Assembly: GCA_030599585.1 (NCBI GenBank)
Contig: JAUVNS010000008.1
Span: forward strand, 1 to 64,000
DNA from: Promethearchaeota archaeon
Lineage (GTDB): Archaea > Asgardarchaeota > Lokiarchaeia > Sigyniarchaeales > SOKP01
DNA length: 64,000 nucleotides
Direction of reading: 5' to 3'
The first letter of the stretch is position 1. Every line of letters begins with the position of its first letter. The translations under genes were made by a program, and so were the position numbers. This document shows positions 48,584-58,816 of this stretch, piece by piece. A model generated the notes under the pieces. That model was given only the letters and a program-made list of their open reading frames with translations. It was not told where the DNA came from and did not search any database.

Positions 48584-49609
48584 ATGATTCCTTCAATTGA
48601 ATGGACCATCGATAACAAAGTTAAGATGATTGATCAAACTCTCCTACCGCATAAACTTGAGTTTTTAGAGTTTAACGATTTTAGATCTGTCGCAAAATCT
48701 ATAAAAGTCATGAATATCAGAGGTGCTCCAGCAATAGGAGTAGCAGCTGCAATGGGAATGGCGTTAGCTACGATAGAATATAAAGAATTAGTAAAAGAGA
48801 AATTCCTTATTAAAATGGAGGACGCTGCTGATGTGATACGCAGTACAAGACCTACAGCATCTAACCTTTTTTGGGCAGTAAATAGAATCTGGAAGATAAT
48901 TAAAGAATTCCCTGATAACCCATTAAACATATCTGATCTTGTTATTGAAGAAGTAAAATTAATGGCACAAGAAGATATCAATGTTAATAAAAACATCGGT
49001 AAAAATGGTGCTGCTTTGTTGCAAGATGGAGATGTGGTTCTAACACATTGTAACGCGGGATCTTTAGCTACAGTTCAATACGGTACGGCTTTAGCACCAA
49101 TTAGAGCTGCTATCGAAATGGGAAAGGAAATAAGCGTTATTGCTGACGAGACGAGACCAAGATTACAAGGTGCAAGATTAACTGCATATGAACTTCAATA
49201 CGATAACATTCCCGTAAAAGTCATATCCGATACTTCTTCTGGACTCTTGATGAGGCTTGGAAAAGTAAATAAAGTAATTGTTGGCACCGACAGAGTCACA
49301 TCAGACGCAGTTTTTAATAAAATTGGAACCTACTTAGTTGCCTTAGCTGCATTTGATAATGGAATTCCATTTTATGTTGCCGCTCCAACATCTACCTTAT
49401 CTCTTCACGAAACGATTGAAGATGTTACTATAGAGCAAAGAGATAGTAGTGAAGTAGGAAACATACTTGGAAAAGTGCAAATCATCCCTAATGGTGTTGA
49501 ATGCTTAAATTATGCGTTCGATATAACTCCCTTTAGATTAGTATCTGGCGTTATTACGGAAGACGGAGTTTTTACACCAGAAGAGTTATTAAAAAAGTAT
49601 AAAGATTGA
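48584..49609 (+). CDS. mtnA: Methylthioribose-1-phosphate isomerase (eIF2B-related family)
   Basis: DQTLLP, RGAPAIG, RPTA.NL, THCNAGSLAT, ETRPRLQG, NKIGTY, FDITP. Confidence 0.9.
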   Translation: MIPSIEWTIDNKVKMIDQTLLPHKLEFLEFNDFRSVAKSIKVMNIRGAPAIGVAAAMGMALATIEYKELVKEKFLIKMEDAADVIRSTRPTASNLFWAVNRIWKIIKEFPDNPLNISDLVIEEVKLMAQEDINVNKNIGKNGAALLQDGDVVLTHCNAGSLATVQYGTALAPIRAAIEMGKEISVIADETRPRLQGARLTAYELQYDNIPVKVISDTSSGLLMRLGKVNKVIVGTDRVTSDAVFNKIGTYLVALAAFDNGIPFYVAAPTSTLSLHETIEDVTIEQRDSSEVGNILGKVQIIPNGVECLNYAFDITPFRLVSGVITEDGVFTPEELLKKYKD

Positions 49610-49657
49610 CATTAATTTACTTTAAATAGTTATTTAAAAACTTAAAAGGTTAACATA

Positions 49658-49906
49658 ATGGCGCTTAGTGAAAAACAAAAAGATACTCTCTTTAAGGTAT
49701 TTCTTTTTGGTATAATTGAATTCATTTGTTTTGTTGTCTTTATTACAATTTCTGGACTCGCAGGTCATTTCTCTTGGACAATTGAACAATTAACTACCAC
49801 TCCAATGGGAATGGTCATACAGATAGTCAATCTTATTATAGTCGTTGATGGAATAGTTATGTTTTTGTATTTTCTTGCCTTTATCATAATGTTTATAGCG
49901 GGTTAA
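49658..49906 (+). CDS. Small two-TM membrane protein
   Basis: 82 aa, two hydrophobic helices. Confidence 0.6.
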   Translation: MALSEKQKDTLFKVFLFGIIEFICFVVFITISGLAGHFSWTIEQLTTTPMGMVIQIVNLIIVVDGIVMFLYFLAFIIMFIAG

Positions 49907-50889
49907 TTCAAACTATTGATTATTTGATGTAATTCCTCTAAGCTTTTTGTTTTTGAAATTTGTGTTCTTAAGCTAATTGAGTCTTGAATGTTTTTTATAA
50001 ACCATATTGCATTTCTTCTCAATTCCATAAACTTAAATTTCTCGTGTGAAAAAGGCATATCGATTATATCGTCTAAATACTCATCCACACATTCCTCGTA
50101 CAACTTGAAATATTTTCTCACTTTGAAGAAACTATTTTCGAGATTAGACTCTATTCCCTTTGTAAGATATTGATTAATTTGTTGAAAGATTTCGGGATTT
50201 CCCATTGAAGCTCTTCCAACCATAAGGGCGTCAACATTTGTAATTTCTAAAAATTTTTCCGCTGTTAACCCTCCCTCAATATTTCCATTTCCAACCACAG
50301 GAATCTTGACTAAAGATTTTATTTTCTTTATAGTATTAAGGTCAAGGGTTGAGTCAAGGTATCGGCCTTTTACTGTTCTTCCATGAATTGTTAGGAAGTC
50401 AATACCTGAACGATTTACAATATCAGCTATTCTTTCGATATTATTTGTATTATTAAAACCAGTTCTCATTTTAAGCGAAACTGGTCGCGAAGAATATTTT
50501 ATCGAAGTTTTGAGCAAAGTTTCCAATTCATCGAGATTCTTGAGGAGATAGCCACCTTCTTTAGCTTTTATCGCTCTTCTGGAAGGACAACCCGCATTGA
50601 TATCTAAAACATCAAAACTATAGCTTTCCAGAAAGTCGATGGAACTTTTTAACGCGTCTAAATCTGAACCAATTAATTGTACACTTACCGGTCTTTCTTC
50701 CTCAATTTTGTGTAAAAATCTCAAGACAGTTCGGGAATGAGTTTCAATCCTTTTAGTATAAAGCATTGGAACGCTAACTAGCCCAATATTACCGAATTTC
50801 CTACAAAACAGTCTAAATGGCGCTGTAGATACTTGTAGCATTGGGGCTAAAATTAAGTTATTTTCTAAAAAGAGCGTTCCTAATTTCAT
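49903..50889 (-). CDS. dus: tRNA-dihydrouridine synthase
   Basis: LAPM, VQL.G, DINAGCP, K.RTG, IHGRT, GNGNI, MVGR. Confidence 0.92.
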   Translation of the reverse strand: MKLGTLFLENNLILAPMLQVSTAPFRLFCRKFGNIGLVSVPMLYTKRIETHSRTVLRFLHKIEEERPVSVQLIGSDLDALKSSIDFLESYSFDVLDINAGCPSRRAIKAKEGGYLLKNLDELETLLKTSIKYSSRPVSLKMRTGFNNTNNIERIADIVNRSGIDFLTIHGRTVKGRYLDSTLDLNTIKKIKSLVKIPVVGNGNIEGGLTAEKFLEITNVDALMVGRASMGNPEIFQQINQYLTKGIESNLENSFFKVRKYFKLYEECVDEYLDDIIDMPFSHEKFKFMELRRNAIWFIKNIQDSISLRTQISKTKSLEELHQIINSLN

Positions 50890-51033
50890 TTTATTTGTAA
50901 AGTATTATTTTCTTATCTTTTACTTTTCATAAACAAGAATTTTTTAAGAAACTTCAATTTTACTAAAATAGTAAGAATAAGTTTAATCTATATTACTAAA
51001 GAACTATATCACATTATCGAAAAATTGCTTAAA

Positions 51034-51537
51034 ATGTCAACTAACTTAAAGGAGTACGTTTTCAAGTTAAAACCAACTGAAATTACATATTTGGATAAAG
51101 ATCCATTAAAATTAAACAAAGATTTTATTTTCTTTCACAATAAAATAAAATTTAGGAAGGAAATTACTCAATTACAAAATCTATTCAATAATTATACAAA
51201 AATTGCGCTTCAAGCTTCTGGAATACGCGATTCATATTTAAAGGAAGAGTTTTCAGAAGCCTTCTATATCATTGTTTTTACTACGCACGATGTGGTAAGA
51301 AAAACAAATGAAATTATTGGACCTCATAGTCATATCGAATTAAATAAAGGATGTTATTATCTAGAATCGACACCTGAGTATATTCTTTTGCTTGCAAAAG
51401 ATCTTGCTGGGATTAAATCTGGAGTAATTACATTGGAAGACATTTTTCATCAAACTTTTGAAGATTATTTCGCTCAGAAAAATAATGATGATTATGTAAA
51501 AATTAGATCGTTTAAGCTTTTCAATTGTATTGAATAA
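51034..51537 (+). CDS. Protein resembling GH20 domain 2 (non-catalytic hexosaminidase N-terminal domain)
   Basis: GCYYLESTPEYILLLAKDLAGIKSGVITLEDI resembles the EGY.L.....I.I.A....G..YG..TL.Q signature. Confidence 0.55.
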   Translation: MSTNLKEYVFKLKPTEITYLDKDPLKLNKDFIFFHNKIKFRKEITQLQNLFNNYTKIALQASGIRDSYLKEEFSEAFYIIVFTTHDVVRKTNEIIGPHSHIELNKGCYYLESTPEYILLLAKDLAGIKSGVITLEDIFHQTFEDYFAQKNNDDYVKIRSFKLFNCIE

Positions 51538-51577
51538 TTTGCTTACTAAATCTAAGAAATTTAATATAAAGAAGTAA

Positions 51578-53299
51578 TTATTTTACAAATTGCCACGGTT
51601 TTTGTTTTCTGAGGTTATACGCTTTTTTAGCGTATTCTTTCATCATCCGATTAGTGTTGAAAAAAGCTGTTAAAGCTATAGCATTCTTACTTCTAAACAA
51701 CCAATCTTCGTGGTTTAAATAAGTTGGAATAATTTCGTTTTCGAGAATCTCATATATTGCCTTCGAATCAATATCCCAATCATTAGAAACTCCCGGATCA
51801 TTTGGTTTTGAGTCGTCAGGACCAATTGCCCAACCCGCCATAGGATTCTTATGGTATCCTTCTAACCACCAACCATCTTGAACGCTAAAGTTTAAAACAC
51901 CATTTAATGCTGCCTTCATACCACTGGTGCCACTTGCTTCGCGATATCTCTCAGGAGTATTTAGCCAGATGTCACATCCAGATACTAACATATGAGATAG
52001 ATCCATATTATAATTTTCCATCATCACAACCTTTACTCCGTAATTATCATAAAGGTATTCACCAGATTTATAGATTTCCTTAATATAATCCTTTCCCATT
52101 GTGTCCTGGGGGTGTGCTTTTCCAGCAAATATGAATTGAATTTTGTCTTTGCAAATACTCCCAAGTCTATCAATATCCTCAAATATTAAAGTAGCTCTTT
52201 TATAGGTAGCGAATCGTCGAGCAAATCCTATAGTAATGCGTTCCTCGTCTAAAAGATTCCAACTATGTCCCTTCTGATAACTTATTAGATTAAATTTATT
52301 TTCGATATGTGCGTCAAATATGTCCAAGTCATCAAGTTCAATTGCATTTTGAAGAATCGACGGATTTGCTTTCCAATTAGGCCATTTTTTATCAAAGATT
52401 TGACGAAATGGTCGACTAACCCAATATCCTAAATGAATCCCGTTTGTAATAGAATCGACTTCATACTGAGGAAACATTTTTCTGGAAATATCACCGTGTT
52501 TTTTTGCGACCCCATTCCTATATCGAGAAAGCCCCATCCCTAGATATGTCATGTTAAATTGGCCATTATCTTCAGCAATTTTGCTTATTTCAGAAGGCAT
52601 CCTATGTTCAAATACCTTATTTACCAAATCTTTATCGAATCTATCGTGTCCTGCTGGTACAGGAGTGTGAGTTGTGAATACAACCTTATCCCGAACTTTG
52701 TCAAGATCTCCGTTTAACATGTCATATAGTTCCACTATAGAAAAAGAACCGTGTCCTTCGTTTAGATGGTAGGTTTCTATGTTGTTATATCCTTGAGAAT
52801 TTAGAAGTTTCACGCCCCCAATTCCGAGTATCATTTCCTGTACAATTCTATTCCAGCGAGATGTGGAATCGTATAAGGAACCCGTCATTTTTTTCATCCA
52901 ATCTTCGTTGCCTTCTATATCTGTTGTTAATAAGTAAATCGGTAGTATGTGACCTGATTGACCTATTACTCGGTATAGCCAAGCAGATACTAAAACTTCT
53001 TTATCTTCAATTTTTATCTTTATTGGGTTTTCAATTTTTTCAAACTCGTAAAAAAAGTTCCACTCAATTTCTTTTTCTTTTTGCTCACCATTTTCATTAA
53101 AGAACTGATAAAAATAACCTGAGCTGTAGCATAAGCACAAACCTACCATGGGCAGCTCTAAATCTGCTGCAGCTCGAACAGTATCACCAGATAATACTCC
53201 CAATCCGCCACTATAAGTTGGAATGTTTGAATCTACAGCGATTTCCATAGAAATATATGCAACTTTAGTACTACTTTTTAAATCTTTGTCAACTTCCAT
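51578..53299 (-). CDS. glgP: Alpha-glucan (glycogen/maltodextrin) phosphorylase
   Basis: YSGGLGVL, HLNEGH, TTHTPVPAGHD, ARRFATYKR, AGKAHP, EASGTSGMK. Confidence 0.95.
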   Translation of the reverse strand: MEVDKDLKSSTKVAYISMEIAVDSNIPTYSGGLGVLSGDTVRAAADLELPMVGLCLCYSSGYFYQFFNENGEQKEKEIEWNFFYEFEKIENPIKIKIEDKEVLVSAWLYRVIGQSGHILPIYLLTTDIEGNEDWMKKMTGSLYDSTSRWNRIVQEMILGIGGVKLLNSQGYNNIETYHLNEGHGSFSIVELYDMLNGDLDKVRDKVVFTTHTPVPAGHDRFDKDLVNKVFEHRMPSEISKIAEDNGQFNMTYLGMGLSRYRNGVAKKHGDISRKMFPQYEVDSITNGIHLGYWVSRPFRQIFDKKWPNWKANPSILQNAIELDDLDIFDAHIENKFNLISYQKGHSWNLLDEERITIGFARRFATYKRATLIFEDIDRLGSICKDKIQFIFAGKAHPQDTMGKDYIKEIYKSGEYLYDNYGVKVVMMENYNMDLSHMLVSGCDIWLNTPERYREASGTSGMKAALNGVLNFSVQDGWWLEGYHKNPMAGWAIGPDDSKPNDPGVSNDWDIDSKAIYEILENEIIPTYLNHEDWLFRSKNAIALTAFFNTNRMMKEYAKKAYNLRKQKPWQFVK

Positions 53300-53495
53300 A
53301 ATTCATCATTTCTCTTATGGTTTTTAATTTAGAATTGCGATTTCTCCTATTTAATACTATCTATATTATTTTTAACACTCTTGTTTTAAAATCTTATGTT
53401 AAAAAGAATAGTATGTAAGTTTTAATCTAGTAAGTATTATTTTAGGCTTAAAGTTAGGGATTGTCAGTAAAATAAAAAGAGTATTTAAATCATAG

Positions 53496-53867
53496 CTAAT
53501 CTTCATCAAGTTTTACCGTTGGACTTTCAAGTTTAATTTTCTTTGAAATTCCGTGAGGATCCAATCCTTTAAGATCTAAAGCATCTAATTTTTTCATAAA
53601 ATCTTTATTTTCAAAAGTAGGAATTTTAGTTATAAGGTTTGGCACAGGTAATGGATTTATGATATTTGGCCTTAATATTGTATTATTTTTTGTGAGGTAT
53701 TCTTCACTTTGTTTTTTTTTTTCAATATAATTTTTAAAGAATGGATTTCCGGGCCTTAAATTTTCGATTTTGACAGAATTTTTAGCTATTGGAGTGTTAG
53801 GGATAGTAGATTTCGATATTCGGCAAATAGGGCAGTTATTATTATCCAAACCGTGTATACATGACAT
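53496..53867 (-). CDS. Hypothetical protein with N-terminal CxH...CxxC zinc knuckle
   Basis: MSCIHGLDNNNCPIC followed by a low-complexity Pro/Asn/Lys region. Confidence 0.6.
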   Translation of the reverse strand: MSCIHGLDNNNCPICRISKSTIPNTPIAKNSVKIENLRPGNPFFKNYIEKKKQSEEYLTKNNTILRPNIINPLPVPNLITKIPTFENKDFMKKLDALDLKGLDPHGISKKIKLESPTVKLDED

Positions 53868-53963
53868 TTTATATCACTATTTTTAATTTGACTACTGAAT
53901 TGTTTAAATTAATTTTATCTTATATTTTTTTTTATAATATATAATAAAACATGAATTAATTTT

Positions 53964-55055
53964 ATGGGGATAGTTATGACTAATAATTTTCTTAAAGAAA
54001 TTAAATCTCAACCTCAAGCGTTAGAAGATACCTTAAAATATATCATAGGCGATGGTAGACCTCAATTTTTAAAGATTAGAGATTTTATAAAAAAAGGAGG
54101 GATAACTAAATTAATTTTTACAGGTATGGGTTCAAATTACATCAGTTCATACCTGCCATATTATATATTGAACCAATACGGAATTGCTGTTGAAATGCGA
54201 GAGGCAGGAGAATTCTTGTTTAATACTTTTCCACGAGTTAAGCAAACCTGCTTTAAGGATACAGGAATCATAATAATCTCTCCGTCTGGTGATTCTGAAG
54301 TAATCCGGGAGCTCCTAAGAGATATTAATACTATATCTATAGAGAATAAACCATTAACGATTGGTATCACTAATAATCCGGAAAGTTATCTTGCTTACAT
54401 GACCGAATTGCAAATTTTAATGAATTTTGACGAAGAAGTTTCGGTCACTTCAAAGAGTTATGTGTGTACTCTGCTAATGCTTTACATAATGGCCAAAACT
54501 ATTATAGGAGAATTTTTTACCTCTGAAGAAGAAAAACAAGGCGTAGAAGAGGTTTTAAGGGAAATTAGAGGTTTATTGCAGAACCAAAAACAAATTAACA
54601 AACTTTGGAAAGACTTTGTACCTGTTTTTGGAGAAAAGATTGATTTTTTAGAATTTCTCTCGAGAGGTTCTTCACTTACGACTGCTCATCAAGCGGCTTT
54701 AAATTTTAAGGAAATTGTTAAATCTTATTCGGAAGCAAATTCTATATCAACTTTTGAACATGGGAGTATAGAATGCTTAAACGAAAATACGAATTTAGTA
54801 ATTCTCTCGTCTGATAAAGACAATTTTGATTTGAATGTTCAATTTATTGAAAATCTAGTAAAAAAATGGGCATTTGGGAAATTACTACATATTACCAATC
54901 AAGATTTTGATGAGAGAGTAAAAAAATTACACGATAACTCCAAAATTTTTACATACAAGCATGGAATTAAAGATCCACACCTCGCACCTATTATGGAAAT
55001 AATTGTTCTCCAACTAATTTTTTACAAGATTGCAGAAAAAAAGGGAATTGATTAG
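53964..55055 (+). CDS. Double SIS-domain sugar-phosphate isomerase/deaminase (GlmS C-terminal/AgaS/FrlB-like)
   Basis: EIKSQP, TGMGSN, ISPSGDS, ITNNPES, SKSY, ALNFKE, FEHG. Confidence 0.82.
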   Translation: MGIVMTNNFLKEIKSQPQALEDTLKYIIGDGRPQFLKIRDFIKKGGITKLIFTGMGSNYISSYLPYYILNQYGIAVEMREAGEFLFNTFPRVKQTCFKDTGIIIISPSGDSEVIRELLRDINTISIENKPLTIGITNNPESYLAYMTELQILMNFDEEVSVTSKSYVCTLLMLYIMAKTIIGEFFTSEEEKQGVEEVLREIRGLLQNQKQINKLWKDFVPVFGEKIDFLEFLSRGSSLTTAHQAALNFKEIVKSYSEANSISTFEHGSIECLNENTNLVILSSDKDNFDLNVQFIENLVKKWAFGKLLHITNQDFDERVKKLHDNSKIFTYKHGIKDPHLAPIMEIIVLQLIFYKIAEKKGID

Positions 55056-55121
55056 AAAAATTAAGATATTATCATAAATTATGAGTAAATATCAATTAAT
55101 TCTTCTCAGTCATTAGGAAAT

Positions 55122-56381
55122 ATGCAATCAACCGCTTCATCACAATCATTTAAAAATTATCTTTTCTTTTGGTCAGGTCAGCTTTTTTCGTTGCTAGGTT
55201 CTACTATTGTTCAATTTGTAATAATTTGGTGGATTACCGTTGAAACTCAGGATCTTACAATTATCTCAGTGGCAGCCTTCTTCTCATTTCTCCCACAATT
55301 CGTTTTTGGGCCATTAGCAGGTGTGTTTGCAGATCGCTGGAATAGAAAAATCATGATAGGGCTCTCTGATTTCTTTCAAGCTATCACGACTTTTAGCTTA
55401 GTATTATTGTTTTTTTTTGATATTCAAGAAGTCTGGATGATTATTTTAATAAACAGTTTCAGAGGATTATTTCAAGGATTTCATTGGCCTGCAGTAAACG
55501 CTATAATTCCTTTAATGATACCAAAGGAACATTTAAGCAGGATGAACGCTATTAATTATATTTTCACAGGTTTAGTTAATACTATGGGACCTGTTATTGC
55601 AGGTACTTTCCTATTAATCTTACCAATAGATCAAATTTTATGGGTTGACATTTTGACTTTTCTTTTTGCTATTGTACCTCTTTTATTAATAAAAATACCT
55701 CCACTCCCTAAAAAAGAAAATATCAAAAAAGAAAAGTCTTATATCGGAGAATTTAAGAACGGATTGAAAGCAATCAAAATTGTTCCAGGTTTGCTTACTC
55801 TCCTTTTTGTAGCAACAATTTTGAATTTTCTCGGAAACCCTTATGGTACTTTAATGGTATATTATGTAGAAGTGACACATTTTGGGACTGTTGAGAACAC
55901 AGCTATCGTCCTTGCTTCAATCCAAGCAGGAATGTTCGTTGGGGCTATCATCGTCGTTATCAAAAAAGTCTGGAAGAGAAAGATATTAATCATATTTCTG
56001 GGCATTTTTGTAGGGGAAATCGGTCATTTGATATTATCCTTCGCTCCGCCACAAAATTTCCTCGTTATAAGTATTGGTGGTTTTATCTTTGCGTTTATTG
56101 TTCCTTTTGTTAACACCATGTTTTTAACGATTCTGCAGACAGTAATCCCTCCAGATAAGCAAGGTCGGGTCATGTCAAATGTGATTACTATAGTTACGTT
56201 AGTATCACCGTTAGCGATGATAATTTCAGGGCCGCTAGCAGAGGTAATAGGCATCACGACTCTTTTTATGTTAAGTTCGTCTTTAAATATCCTATTTATC
56301 GCAATTGTTTGGTTGTTTTCTAATATCAAAAACACAGATTACGATAGAGTATATGAATTAGATGAGAATAATAATAATTAA
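55122..56381 (+). CDS. MFS transporter (Mef/DHA3-like)
   Basis: WSGQLFSLLGS, AGVFADRWNRK, QGRV; 12 TM segments. Confidence 0.9.
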   Translation: MQSTASSQSFKNYLFFWSGQLFSLLGSTIVQFVIIWWITVETQDLTIISVAAFFSFLPQFVFGPLAGVFADRWNRKIMIGLSDFFQAITTFSLVLLFFFDIQEVWMIILINSFRGLFQGFHWPAVNAIIPLMIPKEHLSRMNAINYIFTGLVNTMGPVIAGTFLLILPIDQILWVDILTFLFAIVPLLLIKIPPLPKKENIKKEKSYIGEFKNGLKAIKIVPGLLTLLFVATILNFLGNPYGTLMVYYVEVTHFGTVENTAIVLASIQAGMFVGAIIVVIKKVWKRKILIIFLGIFVGEIGHLILSFAPPQNFLVISIGGFIFAFIVPFVNTMFLTILQTVIPPDKQGRVMSNVITIVTLVSPLAMIISGPLAEVIGITTLFMLSSSLNILFIAIVWLFSNIKNTDYDRVYELDENNNN

Positions 56382-56448
56382 AATAGTTTTTAAAAAAAGT
56401 CTTTTTAATTATTTTATACATTCCAATATTAACTTTTTTTGAAAAAAG

Positions 56449-57585
56449 ATGACAAAAGCAATTATACTATCGGGAGGATATGGAACCCGCTTACGGCCAT
56501 TATCATGCACAGTACCAAAATCTTTAATGCCAATAGTCAACAAGCCTGTTATGGAGCGACAGATTCTCCTTTTAAAATCAGCAGGGGTTAAAGAAATCGT
56601 TCTGGCTGTGAGCGTGATGGATGAAATTGTTAAAAATTATTTTAAAGATGGTTCCCAACTAGGAGTTAGAATACATTATACAGAAGAAAAACATCCTTTA
56701 GGAACCGCGGGGGCAGTTAAAATAGCTGAGCCCTATTTGGAAAAGGAAAATTTCTTCATGATAAACGGGGATGTGATCTTAAACTGCGATTTAAATAGAA
56801 TGCTGAATTTTCATATAGCTAAAAAAGGTATTGGAACTATTGCTGGAAAGGTTGTTGACGATCCTTCACGATATGGTGTATTAATAGAAAATGAGAATAC
56901 TCACCAGATATTGGAATTCCTAGAAAAAGACGAATATTCTCCTCCTAACGGCAAGATTATCCCCATGCCAATCAATGCAGGAGTCTATCTATTAGAACCC
57001 GAAATTTTTACTTATATTGAACCACATAAAAAAGTATCAATAGAGAGACAAGTATTTCCCGATGTAGTAAAAAAAGAACAACTATACTATCACCAAATAA
57101 GTGGTGTATGGAAAGATATTGGAAAACCATACGATTTACTCGAAGGTAATATGATTTTAATGGTGGATTTAATGAAAAATTTAGAAACTAATGTTAAAAA
57201 TTTAATAGATCAATCTGCTGACATCCACCCTAGCTCAAAAATTTATTCACCGTGTACCGTAGGTGAAAATGTGGTAATTCGAGGTAATAGTACAATCGGT
57301 CCGAATGTAATAATAGGAGATAATGTATTTATTGATAGCAATGTCGAACTCAGAGATAGCGTAATCTATAACGATTCATATGTATCAAAGAATGTTAAGA
57401 TCGAAAAGGCAATTATCGCCGATAATTGTCACATTCAAGAAAATGTAACGCTAAAGGGAAATAATGAGAACCTCGTAATTTTAGCGTCATATGTTGAAGT
57501 GTTAAAAAATCTCGAAATTTTAGCACCTAAAACAATTTCGTTAACAGTGTGTCACCACGAGGTTTTGAAGGAAAGTATGAAATAA
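56449..57585 (+). CDS. NDP-sugar pyrophosphorylase (mannose-1-phosphate guanylyltransferase-like) with left-handed beta-helix
   Basis: GGYGTRLRP...PK, PLGTAG, NGD, FLEK, INAGVY, WKDIG; hexapeptide repeats. Confidence 0.9.
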   Translation: MTKAIILSGGYGTRLRPLSCTVPKSLMPIVNKPVMERQILLLKSAGVKEIVLAVSVMDEIVKNYFKDGSQLGVRIHYTEEKHPLGTAGAVKIAEPYLEKENFFMINGDVILNCDLNRMLNFHIAKKGIGTIAGKVVDDPSRYGVLIENENTHQILEFLEKDEYSPPNGKIIPMPINAGVYLLEPEIFTYIEPHKKVSIERQVFPDVVKKEQLYYHQISGVWKDIGKPYDLLEGNMILMVDLMKNLETNVKNLIDQSADIHPSSKIYSPCTVGENVVIRGNSTIGPNVIIGDNVFIDSNVELRDSVIYNDSYVSKNVKIEKAIIADNCHIQENVTLKGNNENLVILASYVEVLKNLEILAPKTISLTVCHHEVLKESMK

Positions 57586-57588
57586 GTT

Positions 57589-58392
57589 ATGAAAGACCAT
57601 CCAACACCAGAGAGTATTTACTCTAAATATGTTGATAAAAAGATAGGAACGAAACAGGCTCTAAAATTATTTGAATCCATTATTAACAAGAGCGACAATG
57701 AAGAAATCAGAGTAAATGTGTTAGAGTACATCGGTAAATTAACAGTTGATGACGAATTAGCCTTCAGCATTATTGAAAATTGCCTAATTTCTGATGAATC
57801 GCCTATTGTTAAATTCGGTGCTGCGAAAACTTTGATCCATTACTTTACTGGACGTGAAATAAAACCGTTAATATGGGCAATAGATAACGAAAATTCAATA
57901 TACTTTCTTAAAAATTTGATCAACTTATTGGAAACTCAAGAATATCCTCAATTTGAACAAATTCGGAAAAGAATTTATAAAAAAATAACAACTAAATATA
58001 ATTTAAATTCATTCGACTCGAAATTTATCCTAGATATTGAGTATCTTGATTTCATGAAATTTCAAGCCGATTTTAATAATTTTCTCGAGAAATTTGAATT
58101 ATCTGATGCAGATAAACTTACTTTGCTTAAAGAAAACACTGAAATTGGAAATAAAGGCTTGGGGAGAGTTAAGAAAGCTGAGGGAGGTTTTATAATAAGT
58201 TTGGTTCTTACGGATCTTAATGAAATTCCTTCCTCAATATGTAACTTAAGAAATTTGCAGGAATTAGAAATCTCCAATTGTAAAATAGAAAAATATCCTG
58301 AAAAATGTCCAAAACTCTTGTCACTAAAACGGATTATATTCAAAAATAACACAATAGATAAAGTTCCTAGTTGGATTCGAAAAAATAATTAA
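57589..58392 (+). CDS. HEAT-repeat + leucine-rich-repeat protein
   Basis: ENCLISDESPIVKFGAAK HEAT-like; C-terminal LNEIPSSICNLRNLQELEISNCKIEKYP and LKRI.F.NN.I.KVP LRRs. Confidence 0.8.
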   Translation: MKDHPTPESIYSKYVDKKIGTKQALKLFESIINKSDNEEIRVNVLEYIGKLTVDDELAFSIIENCLISDESPIVKFGAAKTLIHYFTGREIKPLIWAIDNENSIYFLKNLINLLETQEYPQFEQIRKRIYKKITTKYNLNSFDSKFILDIEYLDFMKFQADFNNFLEKFELSDADKLTLLKENTEIGNKGLGRVKKAEGGFIISLVLTDLNEIPSSICNLRNLQELEISNCKIEKYPEKCPKLLSLKRIIFKNNTIDKVPSWIRKNN

Positions 58393-58413
58393 AATTCTTA
58401 TGGAGCATGTAAA

Positions 58414-58701
58414 ATGGAAGATTTAAAAGAAAAAGGTTTAAAAATATATAACGCAATGTTTCAAGGAGAAAAAGAGGTCGAAATTGACGAGATACGCTAC
58501 CCTATAAAGAAATTTTCAAGCGGTATTAAATATGTTGATTTATTTGGGTATCGCTTTATAGAACAAAATTACCGAAAAAAATCAGAATGGGGGAAAAAAG
58601 CTCGAGAAGGACACAAAATCATGTGGATAATTAAAGGTAGGAGATATCTTTCTCAGATTTTAGACGGAAAATATTCTGATTTAAAGAAAAAATCATCCTG
58701 A
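58414..58701 (+). CDS. Hypothetical protein
   Basis: 95-aa ORF with GGAG SD; its 3' end is duplicated at 59893 with mostly synonymous changes, supporting real coding status. Confidence 0.75.
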   Translation: MEDLKEKGLKIYNAMFQGEKEVEIDEIRYPIKKFSSGIKYVDLFGYRFIEQNYRKKSEWGKKAREGHKIMWIIKGRRYLSQILDGKYSDLKKKSS

Positions 58702-58816
58702 GCCTAGGATAATCTTAAGTAAAATCGCTCTTCTAGTCAATCCCTGAAATAATTAAAGAAATTATTTATAGTGATTATCTTTAGTAAACCTGATTCGAAA
58801 ATAACTTCTTCAATCT
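58596..58816 (+). repeat. Direct repeat copy 1 (~220 bp)
   Basis: Aligns by eye with 59893-60116. Confidence 0.85.
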
